IMG/VR virus record: IMGVR_UViG_3300010347_002008
Coordinates: 15,877 to 79,876 of that record
Direction: 5' to 3' (one strand)
DNA length: 64,000 nt
Source of the DNA: a virus
Taxonomy: Duplodnaviria > Caudoviricetes
Part shown: piece by piece, positions 8,999-18,503 of the stretch
Layout of the letters: the number at the start of each line of letters is the position of its first letter
How positions within the stretch are numbered: position 1 is the stretch's first letter
Notes under the pieces: generated by a model
Told to the model about the DNA's origin: nothing
The model's input: only the letters and a program-made list of their open reading frames with translations
Database searches by the model: none
Translations under genes and position numbers: made by a program

Positions 8999-9409
8999 TT
9001 ATTTATTCTTTCTTTTAATAAATCTTTCGCATTTTCCTTTCCAAGCGGAATTACCCCATGAATTAACTGCTAAGGTTTTTGTATTATTTAATATTCCCCT
9101 ATTTTCTGTCCAATCATCATCAAGATGCCAAATAAAATCTGTATTAGATTTAAAAAAAACCCATTTATCTATAAAATTAGTGAATATGATTCTATCTCTG
9201 GGAATTCCTAGTTTGTCTGCCACTTCAAAAAGGTCCCTATTTGCCATTTGAGCATATTCAGGAGTAGTATGATAAGCTACCAAATGATGTTCGAAATCAT
9301 AACGTGAAGTAACTATCCATACTTCTATTCCTCGTTCAATAAGTTCTCTGGCGTACTCTTGAATATGAGGCCTATCTAGGGTACTATCGAAATCAAATGA
9401 CACTTTCAT
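8999..9409 (-). CDS. HAD-superfamily phosphatase
   Basis: FDFDSTL (DxD motif I), IVTSR (motif II), HLDDD (motif IV). Confidence 0.8.
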   Translation of the reverse strand: MKVSFDFDSTLDRPHIQEYARELIERGIEVWIVTSRYDFEHHLVAYHTTPEYAQMANRDLFEVADKLGIPRDRIIFTNFIDKWVFFKSNTDFIWHLDDDWTENRGILNNTKTLAVNSWGNSAWKGKCERFIKRKNK

Positions 9410-9430
9410 AGTGACAAATATAATAAAAAA

Positions 9431-9742
9431 TTATGGAAGTCTTAACAATTTTTCTATTCTTTCTGAAACTTTATACCCCTCTTCTGTTCTTTCAATGAAG
9501 CCGTTTTCATAAAATATTTTAGCTGTGAACACGCCAATTTCTTTGGCGTCCTTAATAGCTTCCTTTATTTCTGTTTCAGACAATATTGGGGTTGCGTTTG
9601 TTTCATCTTTTTTTAATATTCTGGATTTTATTGATGAACGAATTAAATTTTTAGATACAAATATAGATACAGATTTGTCAAATTCACCATTTTGAATTCT
9701 TTCATCTATCTTTTTTAAGAATATTTTCGCTTGTTCAGTCAT
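9431..9742 (-). CDS. hypothetical protein
   Basis: 103-aa ORF, co-oriented and closely packed. Confidence 0.65.
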   Translation of the reverse strand: MTEQAKIFLKKIDERIQNGEFDKSVSIFVSKNLIRSSIKSRILKKDETNATPILSETEIKEAIKDAKEIGVFTAKIFYENGFIERTEEGYKVSERIEKLLRLP

Positions 9743-9890
9743 AGCGTTTTTATGTATTTATCTGGTTATATTGCTTTAACAGCAAATTATGTTAAAATTT
9801 AACAAAAATTTAACGAGGTTTTGAGAACCGTGGGCCCGAGATTCATAAAATAAGTACCTAAGCTCTCCAGGAAAAAACTACCTAAATATA

Positions 9891-10508
9891 TTACTTATGT
9901 ATCTTTTCCCGGAGGGTCTCGAGAGTCCAGTACGCATCAACAATATCGTCAAGATGAACAAGCCAGTTTCCTTTCTTAGTCTTAAATTCCTCCTCATTTC
10001 TTTTTAAATAATCACTAAATTCGGTGGGGGCATTTTTGAAGGCTTCAATCATATCTGCTTTCTTTTGTCCCTTTTTAGAACATCCAGCAGTTTTTTTGAT
10101 TGTGATAGGAGCATAAGTATACATATTATCTAAGGAAACCCTATCTGAAAGAACATCCATAAGAATGTATTTATACCCTCCTAATTGTAAAACCACATCT
10201 CCAGAAGATCCGTATGATAAACCTTCAAAAGCTAAATAAGTTTCATCATCGATAAAAGGTGAAATGGAATTTAGTATAAGTTTAGCTAAATATTTTGAAT
10301 TCTCAACTTCATAACGAAGTTTTTCTGAAACATTATCTCCTTTATCTTTATCATCAGTTCTTTCAACTAAAAGAATAGGAGCATCCTTATAAGTATTTTT
10401 ATTGGATTCCGATAATCCATAAGGCCACGATATAAAATAATATCGTTCATTTTTTAGAATACAAGCAGCTGGTTTATTGATTGAAAAGTCAAATCCTATT
10501 AATGTCAT
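9891..10508 (-). CDS. RuvC-like Holliday junction resolvase
   Basis: IGFDFSINKPA, FEGLSYG, IKKTAG and DDIVDAYW give the RNase H-fold RuvC acidic residues. Confidence 0.8.
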   Translation of the reverse strand: MTLIGFDFSINKPAACILKNERYYFISWPYGLSESNKNTYKDAPILLVERTDDKDKGDNVSEKLRYEVENSKYLAKLILNSISPFIDDETYLAFEGLSYGSSGDVVLQLGGYKYILMDVLSDRVSLDNMYTYAPITIKKTAGCSKKGQKKADMIEAFKNAPTEFSDYLKRNEEEFKTKKGNWLVHLDDIVDAYWTLETLREKIHK

Positions 10509-10519
10509 ATATTTGAATA

Positions 10520-10786
10520 TTAGATATTTATATTATAATAATTTGACATCAAAGTTTTGATTTCATCTATTAATTCTTCTTTAGATAAATTACTAAAGAA
10601 AATTTGAGGAGTCATTTTAATAAGTTCAGCCTTAGATATTAATTTATCATGATAAAGTTGCTCAGCAAAATTCCATAGAATATCTGCTAGTTGAATTTCA
10701 TCTAGTTTTTCAAGATCCTTAATTTTAATATTTGATTTAGGTTTTAAAATATCTTCTAATTTTTCAATAACAAGTTTGGTTGACAT
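10520..10786 (-). CDS. small KPK-module protein
   Basis: MSTKLVIEKLEDILKPKS. Confidence 0.7.
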   Translation of the reverse strand: MSTKLVIEKLEDILKPKSNIKIKDLEKLDEIQLADILWNFAEQLYHDKLISKAELIKMTPQIFFSNLSKEELIDEIKTLMSNYYNINI

Positions 10787-11106
10787 TATCTAAATTTATT
10801 TGGAAATATAGTTCTCCATTCATGCCCTCTAGGAACATCAGAAACCTTAACACCAAAAATTTTCTGTTCAGGACACGGATCATTACCATCTATTAAAAAA
10901 TTATTGTTGCAAGCCCAAGTTTCTATGTTTCTGCTTATTCTCTGTCCTACATTAAATGGAAATCTAATTCGTGAATTTAAATTATCTACTCTAGATATTC
11001 GTCCATCAAGATTTTTATACACAACAAAAGACAATGATGGATTTATTTTATGTGTAAAAGTAATTTTAACATCACTAAATCCTTCATTTACAAGTTTGGC
11101 TCTCAT
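10786..11106 (-). CDS. hypothetical protein with M(R/K)AKxVxE leader
   Basis: MRAKLVNEG. Confidence 0.7.
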   Translation of the reverse strand: MRAKLVNEGFSDVKITFTHKINPSLSFVVYKNLDGRISRVDNLNSRIRFPFNVGQRISRNIETWACNNNFLIDGNDPCPEQKIFGVKVSDVPRGHEWRTIFPNKFR

Positions 11107-12101
11107 TATAATTTAAATTTATTTTCATCAATAAATTTTCTTAAATCATCAGGAATTTCATCATTATGAGCATAATCTTTGTTCCACATATATTTAGGAA
11201 TATAAACAGCCCATACTCCAGATCCTTCTTGATGTTGATATTGATGTGCTGCTCTAATTTTCATCATCGGAACTTGTGATAAACTACCTGAATCATATTT
11301 ATTTAATTTAACTAAATTTTCAATTCCCATTCTTCTTTTATGAACTGTTTCTCCGCCAATTTCCTTTTCAATAAATTCAGGATAACCGATAAAAGCATAT
11401 ACATCATAATATTCATCTCTTAAAGCTTCTTCTTCAGAACGAGTTTCTCTATATAAAGATAATTTTAACTGTTCAATATCCTTCTTGTTAAATAATTTAT
11501 TATCTCCATATCTTCCACTCTCAGGGATAGTTATGTTTGCAGCTTTGTCAAGTATGTTACTTCTTCCATATTTTTCTCCCATTTCATGAATTAATTCTTG
11601 AAGATTATCAACTTCTCGACGATCTATAGCTCCTTTAATTTTAAATAGAAGCATTATTTGATTTGTTTCTGGGTCAACTCTTGGGTCATCTTCAACATCT
11701 CTAAATAAGTCAGGCCATGATTTAAAGAACCTCCAAACTAACATAGCCTTTTCATTAAAATCTTTTTTGTTTAAAATATAATCTTTTAATTCCTTTAATA
11801 ACCCATCATCTTTCATTCCTGAAAAAATATCAGGGAGTTGTTTTTCAATTTCTTCAATATAATTGACTTTTTCAATAACATCAATTTTTTGTAATTCTTT
11901 CTTTACTTCATTCCTAATATCTGCAACAACTTCAGGCTGCTGTAAAAGACCTTTATACATTTGCCCGTGTTGTTTCTGCATCTGTTGAATCCTTTTAATT
12001 TTTTCAGATACAGACATGTTTTTAATTTGATTTAAAACCTCCACTGCTGTTTTTGGTTTTAAAATATCTCCTAAGGCCTCATATACTTTTTGTGCTTTCA
12101 T
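11106..12101 (-). CDS. KPK-module protein (start re-assigned to the ATG at 12101)
   Basis: MKAQKVYEALGDILKPKTAVEV matches the family leader; the upstream track start overlaps the previous gene. Confidence 0.7.
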   Translation of the reverse strand: MKAQKVYEALGDILKPKTAVEVLNQIKNMSVSEKIKRIQQMQKQHGQMYKGLLQQPEVVADIRNEVKKELQKIDVIEKVNYIEEIEKQLPDIFSGMKDDGLLKELKDYILNKKDFNEKAMLVWRFFKSWPDLFRDVEDDPRVDPETNQIMLLFKIKGAIDRREVDNLQELIHEMGEKYGRSNILDKAANITIPESGRYGDNKLFNKKDIEQLKLSLYRETRSEEEALRDEYYDVYAFIGYPEFIEKEIGGETVHKRRMGIENLVKLNKYDSGSLSQVPMMKIRAAHQYQHQEGSGVWAVYIPKYMWNKDYAHNDEIPDDLRKFIDENKFKL

Positions 12102-12111
12102 ACTAAAAATA

Positions 12112-12900
12112 TTATTTATAAACATATCCTGCAATATGTCCTCCATAAGGAAGTATTAATTCTCTCATCCATTTCAAAGGAACATAATCAACCATTTGCC
12201 AACGCCCAATATTATTTCCATTTTGGTCATGATAGAAATTTTGTATTTGGCCAATTTGATAACTAGGTTTGGTGCCAGTTGTAAATAATAATCTATAATT
12301 AAAGAACTTTCTTTTTGTTAAATCAATTTCTTCTTTGGGTTTTGGCTTTAATATACTTGAAATTCCAGTTGATGGTGTTTCAACTCCTTGTAAATGAGTA
12401 TAATCATGACCCTTTGGATCCACCCATACTTCCACAGTACTATCAGGTTCCCATGTATCATAAACATTAAAAAGTGGACATTCGCCTGTTCTTAAATCAA
12501 CTTTTCCCAGAGGAAGTATAGCATTTCCTCTAAATCGACCACTTCTTCCTGAAACTTGGATCAGTATATAATGTGGTTTATATTGTTGTTCTTTAGGAAG
12601 TTTACTACCTAATATTGGATGATCTTTAAGAACCTCAAGTCTTTCAGCCGGTGGAGGCCCTTCATATCCTAATTCCTTTGCTTTATCATAGAATATTTGA
12701 ACTATTTCATTCCAACCACCATAAACCTCTGCAGCAGCTTCTGCTCTTCCAATTGCCTTATTAACATTAGTAAGAGTTTTTGCCATTTGACGTGCCAATG
12801 CAACTTCTTTTTCAAAATCTCCTCCAGATTTCTTAGCAAAGTCCTTCACACGTTTAAGATCTTTTGGTTCGTATGCTTCATTTACAAATTTAGCTCTCAT
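12112..12900 (-). CDS. leader-bearing protein with internal KPK motif
   Basis: MRAKFVNEA; internal ISSILKPKPKEEID. Confidence 0.7.
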   Translation of the reverse strand: MRAKFVNEAYEPKDLKRVKDFAKKSGGDFEKEVALARQMAKTLTNVNKAIGRAEAAAEVYGGWNEIVQIFYDKAKELGYEGPPPAERLEVLKDHPILGSKLPKEQQYKPHYILIQVSGRSGRFRGNAILPLGKVDLRTGECPLFNVYDTWEPDSTVEVWVDPKGHDYTHLQGVETPSTGISSILKPKPKEEIDLTKRKFFNYRLLFTTGTKPSYQIGQIQNFYHDQNGNNIGRWQMVDYVPLKWMRELILPYGGHIAGYVYK

Positions 12901-12934
12901 ATCATTGTTTATTTTTTACCAATTAATAATTATT

Positions 12935-13264
12935 TTATTTCCCAAGCGCAATACCCAATGCCGTAGTTACTAATCTGCTAGTCATTAATTTTCCTAATGT
13001 ACCATGTTCGTCAATTCCTAAAACTCTACAAATAGCTTTTCCAATAGCAGGACCAACTAGAACACCAACAACACCTCCTGCTATGGATCCTAAAACACCT
13101 TCATCAATTTCTTCTCCTTTTTCAAGTTTTTCAACTAGTATATTATATAGTTTTTCACCTTCTTGAATTTGTTCAGGGGTTAATCCTTTTACTTGTTCTG
13201 CTTCAAATATCTTCGTTGTAGAAGCATATTGAAAATCATAATAAGTTAATAGTTCTTTTGCCAT
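12935..13264 (-). CDS. small protein with acidic N-half and hydrophobic glycine-zipper C-half
   Basis: IDE/GVLGSIAGGVVGVLVGPAIG...TTALGIALG. Confidence 0.7.
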   Translation of the reverse strand: MAKELLTYYDFQYASTTKIFEAEQVKGLTPEQIQEGEKLYNILVEKLEKGEEIDEGVLGSIAGGVVGVLVGPAIGKAICRVLGIDEHGTLGKLMTSRLVTTALGIALGK

Positions 13265-13282
13265 AACTATAATTATTTTTTA

Positions 13283-14062
13283 TTAAAAATCATCATCATC
13301 TTCATAATTCCCAAAATGTGGTTCTCTTCTTTTGTTTCCAACACCAATCGAGTGTTTAGTAAGTAGAATATCCAAAACATCATTAACCTCTTCCGGATTT
13401 TCAGTTTCAAAATATTCTTTTAAGGCTTTATCAAATTGTTCATCATTTATATAATCTAAAAAATATTCAATTACATTTTGTTGATAAGGTATTAATTCTC
13501 TAATAATTTGTCTTAATTGTTCAGGCTCCATTTTTTCCATTAGAACCTCTACAAATATTTCTTCATCTGCCCCTGCATCTATTAAATATCTTACAACATC
13601 TTCAGGATTCATAAATTTATCTTTAACCGCCCGCATTTTTTCTTCAGCATCATATTGGTCAAGATACTTTTGAATGTCTTCTTTAGATTTGGGTTTCAAA
13701 ACATCTGTAATAGATCCCTCGTTAACCTCTTCTTCATATTGAACAAATCTTTCAAGAATATCTACGGCTTTGTCTAAATCTATTTGTTCAATATCATATC
13801 CTAATTGTTCAAGTGTACGGATAGCTAATCTTTCTAATTCTGATCTATCGCGAACATAATAATCTCTCAATCCTGCTGCAGCAGCATCACGTAATTGCCA
13901 TTGCCACCAAGTTTCATCCATATTTAACTTAGCTTCTTGGTTCAATTCCCATTTAAATATGGGATCTTGCCATTGCCACCAAGTTTCATCCATATTTAAC
14001 TTAGCTTCTTGGTTCAATTCCCATTTAAATATGGGATCTTCAGTTACATGTTTTGCTCTCAT
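13283..14062 (-). CDS. acidic two-module KPK protein with a 24-aa tandem duplication
   Basis: MRAKHVTE leader; internal VNEGSITDVLKPKSKEDI. Confidence 0.7.
   Translation of the reverse strand: MRAKHVTEDPIFKWELNQEAKLNMDETWWQWQDPIFKWELNQEAKLNMDETWWQWQLRDAAAAGLRDYYVRDRSELERLAIRTLEQLGYDIEQIDLDKAVDILERFVQYEEEVNEGSITDVLKPKSKEDIQKYLDQYDAEEKMRAVKDKFMNPEDVVRYLIDAGADEEIFVEVLMEKMEPEQLRQIIRELIPYQQNVIEYFLDYINDEQFDKALKEYFETENPEEVNDVLDILLTKHSIGVGNKRREPHFGNYEDDDDF
13895..14040. repeat. perfect 72-bp tandem duplication
   Basis: 13895-13966 is identical to 13967-14038. Confidence 0.9.
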
Positions 14063-14379
14063 CCTAAAGCTCTTTTCATTAATTCATCTGTGATTTCATT
14101 CACATGATCTTGTAAAATATCACTTAAAATCCAATGTATTTTTTCATTGTTTGTTCTTCTCGAGGAACCACTCCAAAAAGAAATATAAGTATCAATTAAA
14201 TCTTGGTCATCAATTCCTCTCTCAACAAATTCATCATACAATTTTTTCCAGTTTTCTCCAAATAATTCTACAACAATGGCATATTTATTCGTTATTGATC
14301 CTTTATCTATTAATTCTTCTACAATCTTTTTTGGATCCTTAGGTTTTAATATGTTAATGCTTTCTCTTACTAATTCCAT
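14059..14379 (-). CDS. small KPK-module protein
   Basis: MELVRESINILKPKDPKKI. Confidence 0.7.
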   Translation of the reverse strand: MELVRESINILKPKDPKKIVEELIDKGSITNKYAIVVELFGENWKKLYDEFVERGIDDQDLIDTYISFWSGSSRRTNNEKIHWILSDILQDHVNEITDELMKRALG

Positions 14380-15164
14380 TGTAAATCTAAATCAATTTTT
14401 TCTTTTTGCCAATCTTCTTGTACCCAAATATTAAGTAATATTTTAACACCTCCACTACAATTTGGACCTAGCCCATCAGATATAAAATTTCCTTCAATAT
14501 TTTCATCTATTGTATATACGGCAATTTGTCTTTTCCAATTATTTTTATATGCTTCTAAAACATAATCAATTAAATTATTAATTATGTTATCGGTGTTTTT
14601 AGAAAATTTTGTTAAATCCCAATCAGGTTCCCAAACATATAAAGCAATTAAGTTTCCTTTAGCTTTTTGTATTCTTTGCCTAATCGCGTCAATATCCATA
14701 ATCTCTCTAATATATTGATCTATTTCTTCTTGAGATTTAGGTTTTAAAACTTCTTTAACATTTTCAGACAAATATCCTGGAACTAATTTACTTAATGCTT
14801 TATCGATACTTTCTTCTGATAATGAAGATAACATCATCTCAACTAAGTCCATTGATCCCATTTTTGCTTTTAAATCTTCTTTAGAAAATACTAAATTTTC
14901 ATCATTATCAGCAAAAGGAGATTCGTCAAAGGCACTGTTATTATATAATTCTAATAATGTTTCCCAAATACCAGTATCACTTAATGTTTCATCTAAAAAA
15001 TCAAGAAAATCATCATAAGATCCCCAAAATTTTGACATACCTGTTTCAAAAAGAAGTTTCTCTTTTTCTTCAACATCCATACGAGAAAAGGCCTTTTTAA
15101 TTTCTGATTTAGGCTTGGGCTGTAAAATATCTTCTAATGATTCTTTGACAAACATTAAGGACAA
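14370..15164 (-). CDS. acidic two-module KPK protein
   Basis: FVKESLEDILQPKPKSEI and internal LSENVKEVLKPKSQEEI. Confidence 0.7.
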   Translation of the reverse strand: MSLMFVKESLEDILQPKPKSEIKKAFSRMDVEEKEKLLFETGMSKFWGSYDDFLDFLDETLSDTGIWETLLELYNNSAFDESPFADNDENLVFSKEDLKAKMGSMDLVEMMLSSLSEESIDKALSKLVPGYLSENVKEVLKPKSQEEIDQYIREIMDIDAIRQRIQKAKGNLIALYVWEPDWDLTKFSKNTDNIINNLIDYVLEAYKNNWKRQIAVYTIDENIEGNFISDGLGPNCSGGVKILLNIWVQEDWQKEKIDLDLQWN

Positions 15165-15182
15165 TATATTTTTTATTATATA

Positions 15183-15758
15183 TTATCTACCCTTAATATC
15201 ATAGTTATCATTGTCAATTCTTCTTTTAATCTTAAAACGGTTATAACGAAGATTTAAAGTGAAGGTGTTAAATTCTGCGGCAGTTGTTGCATAAGAAATA
15301 TCAAACTGGGACATACCGAGAGGAATTATTTTATCAAAAGAAAATGCGACTAATTCAAACCCATGATGATCCAAAAAAGAAACATACATTGGATCCCAAA
15401 AAGGCTTTTTAACTTCATAAATTTGAATGAACAATTCTATCTGTTCAAACAAAATCCAATATGTAATAAATCCTTCAGATAGTTTAAAAGTAAGTGTCAA
15501 ATTCTTATCAAATAACGGTTCAAGCTCCTTACCAGGGCGATAAGCAATACGAAACTGCTGTTGTCCTTGTTCAACAGGAGATAATTCGATAGAAGGAAAA
15601 GTAAGACTCTGTACAGACGCATTGATAAAGTCTTCCAAATTTTCATAAGGAAGTTTTAATCTCTTTACAACAGGAGTCCATTTCTGATGAATTTCTGGAT
15701 AAAAGAAACTCTTTGGGAATCGTATGATGAATTGGTTTTGTAAAGAATTTAAAATCAT
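15183..15758 (-). CDS. tail tube-fold protein (gp19/gp48/gp54-like)
   Basis: Size, and C-terminal pattern LDHHG...F...P..MS..DISY....FNTFTLNLRY resembling the gp19 fold; position at the end of the tail block. Confidence 0.5.
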   Translation of the reverse strand: MILNSLQNQFIIRFPKSFFYPEIHQKWTPVVKRLKLPYENLEDFINASVQSLTFPSIELSPVEQGQQQFRIAYRPGKELEPLFDKNLTLTFKLSEGFITYWILFEQIELFIQIYEVKKPFWDPMYVSFLDHHGFELVAFSFDKIIPLGMSQFDISYATTAAEFNTFTLNLRYNRFKIKRRIDNDNYDIKGR

Positions 15759-15792
15759 TTGACGATATATAATTTAAAATATATATCTTTGT

Positions 15793-16708
15793 ATGAAAAT
15801 TATTTGTCAAATTTGTAATAGAGAATTTTCTCGTCTTTCTGATCTTTCTAAACATGTAGGGGTTTTTCATAATTCTCAAAAAGATTATTATGATCTTTAC
15901 TTAAAATCTCCTGATGAGGGTATATGTGCTGAATGTGGAAACCCCACAAAATATTCTAATAAATGGCAACGAGGTTATCTTAAATATTGTTCTCAAGAAT
16001 GTGAAAACAAAGGATCATTTAAAGAATTTGAAAAAACTAATTTAATTAAATATGGAGTTAATAATCCAAATAAAATAAAATCTGTTAGAAATAAAATAAA
16101 ACAAACTAATATTAAAAAATATGGTAATTCTTGTCCTATGCAAAATGATAAAATTCAAAATGAAATAAGAAATAATAATCTTAAAAATTTAGGGGTTGAA
16201 TTGCCTTTTCAATCTAAAGAAATTCAAGAAAAATCTTCCTTAATAAGAGAACAAAAATACGGGGCTAAATATACTTTGCAAAATAGAGAATTGTATAATA
16301 AAGTAAAGTCATCTATAAATAAAAAGTATGGATGTGATTATTTGATGCAAAATACCGTTCTGTTTGAAAAAGCTTTTAAAACTAGAATAAAATTAAAATC
16401 TTATAAAAATACTGAATTATTATATCAAGGTTCGTATGAATTAGATTTTTTTAGAAAAATATTATGATAAATTTAATATTTAGCGAGGTCCGTCAATAAA
16501 ATATAAACATAATAAAAAACAAAAAATTTATCATAGTGATTTTTTAATTCCATCCAAAAATTTGATAGTAGAATGTAAAAACTCTTATTTAGCTAAAAGA
16601 GATAAAAATATTTTAATAAAAAAGAAAAAAGCCTCCTTAAGAGAAGGCTTTAAATGGATTATGATAATCGATAAAAACTATTCAAAATTTGAAAAAATTA
16701 TTGATTAG
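15793..16708 (+). pseudogene. zinc-finger plus PD-(D/E)xK homing-endonuclease-like gene, broken by one extra T (T7 run 16446-16452) and an in-frame TAG (16481-16483)
   Basis: CQIC..H...H and CAEC...YCSQEC fingers. The shifted frame continues LEKYYDKFNI*RGPSIKY...YHSDFLIPSKNLIVECKNSY to a TAG at 16706-16708. Confidence 0.75.
16620..16652 (-). terminator. terminator for the minus-strand tail operon
   Basis: aaagcct...aggcttt stem with a T-run on the minus strand, downstream of 16698. Confidence 0.55.
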
Positions 16709-18503
16709 CTTTTAATGCAGCATTTTCTTCTTGCAAAGATTTTACTTGTGTTTCAAGATCTGCAATTTTTGTATTTAAACTATTTACATCATATATTTCT
16801 TGATACTGTAATACAACTTGATCATAGTTTCTATAACTGTAGAATAATCCTTCATAGAAAATATATTGTGTACCATCAGAATTTTTAATTATGATTGAAT
16901 AACCATTATTAGTTTGACTCAATAATTTTGCAACTTGATCAGCCATTAATTTAAATTCTAATTGTCCTAATGTGGTATTCATATTTGTTGAATAAGTTGG
17001 ATTCACTTCTATTTTAGTTTTATCATCTAATGTGAATGATAAAGCATAATTATAAACACCAGATAAATCAACATTTTCTCTTTGAATAGGATCTGTGTTT
17101 TGATTTAATCTTTCAAATTTAAACAAATAGGTTGAATCACCATCCTTAAGGAATAATGGTCCCGTCCCTTGGGGGAGGACTTCGTTATTCATGTTTAGCA
17201 CCACATTAGTTGTGTCATAAAAGATCTTTACATACTTAGTTTTTTGTGGTCCTGCACCTGAAACAATGTTTGCAACTTCACCAGGAATCTTGTTAAATAC
17301 TTTATAAGGAATATAATTGTCAATGTTTATTCTTGTAAATGTTCTTCCATACTTTTTAGGATCTGTAGATGAAAAAGAAGCTTTGCGAATGATTTGTGAA
17401 CCATCCATTCTGTTCATTAATCTACAAATGTATTCAATATTATATGAAGAAGCAATATCAGAGTTGATAATAATTGGTCTAAACTTATTAGGTGTCATAA
17501 AGTTACTCTCTTGAGTAAACTGAAATCTTTGTGTCATCAAGGTTGTTCCAGGAGGAATCAATTCATAAACTTGTATTTCATGAATTAACACCCATTTAGC
17601 AGCCTCTGTTCCATACTCTTCTGTAAATTCTTGATAATTGTCATTTGGGTTATTTGAAGTGAATAAAGGAATTCTGCCACTTTCAATATCGCCCATGTAT
17701 TCACCAATTATAGTATCTTTCCATGTAGCATAATATTCAATGTAATCTCCGGCTGTAGATTCCGCAATAAAACAATTGAAATTATCTGCATTAGAAGTAA
17801 CCGGCAATTGTAATTGAACTTTTTCTGAAATAACATATTGATAGTTATCAATCTCAGGAATTGTACTATATTGAATATAAACATCTGACAACTCTTGTAT
17901 TTCTAATGAATCTTCAATTGGAATTCCTGTAGGATATGATGAAACTTGATGTCCCAAATGTTGTATAGAAGGAACTTTAAATTCTACATATTTGTCATAA
18001 AATCTGTTTCCTAAGTATAAAGGTTCAACAGCAAATTTAACTACATAATTTCCTCTAACTTGTTTTATCCAAGTAAAGTTCGATAAATCAACTAAATAAC
18101 CTGATACATCTTCTGCACGAATTTGTAAAAGAAAACCTGCTATATCATCAAAATTATATCCAGAAACAATATGAACTTTTATAGTATCGTGAGCATAAGG
18201 AAGAATTTGTCCAATATTTACTGATGAATCAAAATACGAATAATAAAGTGATGGATCAAAAGGATCATCATTATTAATGTACCAAGTTGATCTACTTGAA
18301 TTAGTAGGAACAGACTGCGTGGAAAGCATATTGTTTGTATTTCCAGGAGCCTCGTTTGTATAATATTGTTTTACACCCCAAACTGTTTCAGCTAAAAAAG
18401 GATTACCACAATTTATTGCAACATCATCACGATTGAATTCATACTCTAAAAGTAAGAAATCATTGAGCTGTACATATTTGGAAATATTTGTAGCCATAAT
18501 CAA
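16698..18503 (-). CDS. putative virion structural protein
   Basis: 601 aa, beta-rich composition, C-terminal coiled coil, within the tail block. Confidence 0.55.
   Translation of the reverse strand: MIMATNISKYVQLNDFLLLEYEFNRDDVAINCGNPFLAETVWGVKQYYTNEAPGNTNNMLSTQSVPTNSSRSTWYINNDDPFDPSLYYSYFDSSVNIGQILPYAHDTIKVHIVSGYNFDDIAGFLLQIRAEDVSGYLVDLSNFTWIKQVRGNYVVKFAVEPLYLGNRFYDKYVEFKVPSIQHLGHQVSSYPTGIPIEDSLEIQELSDVYIQYSTIPEIDNYQYVISEKVQLQLPVTSNADNFNCFIAESTAGDYIEYYATWKDTIIGEYMGDIESGRIPLFTSNNPNDNYQEFTEEYGTEAAKWVLIHEIQVYELIPPGTTLMTQRFQFTQESNFMTPNKFRPIIINSDIASSYNIEYICRLMNRMDGSQIIRKASFSSTDPKKYGRTFTRINIDNYIPYKVFNKIPGEVANIVSGAGPQKTKYVKIFYDTTNVVLNMNNEVLPQGTGPLFLKDGDSTYLFKFERLNQNTDPIQRENVDLSGVYNYALSFTLDDKTKIEVNPTYSTNMNTTLGQLEFKLMADQVAKLLSQTNNGYSIIIKNSDGTQYIFYEGLFYSYRNYDQVVLQYQEIYDVNSLNTKIADLETQVKSLQEENAALKANQ

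Noticed and set aside
13895-14040. CRISPR-like array
   Set aside because: Two adjacent identical 72-bp units with no spacers, in frame within a CDS.
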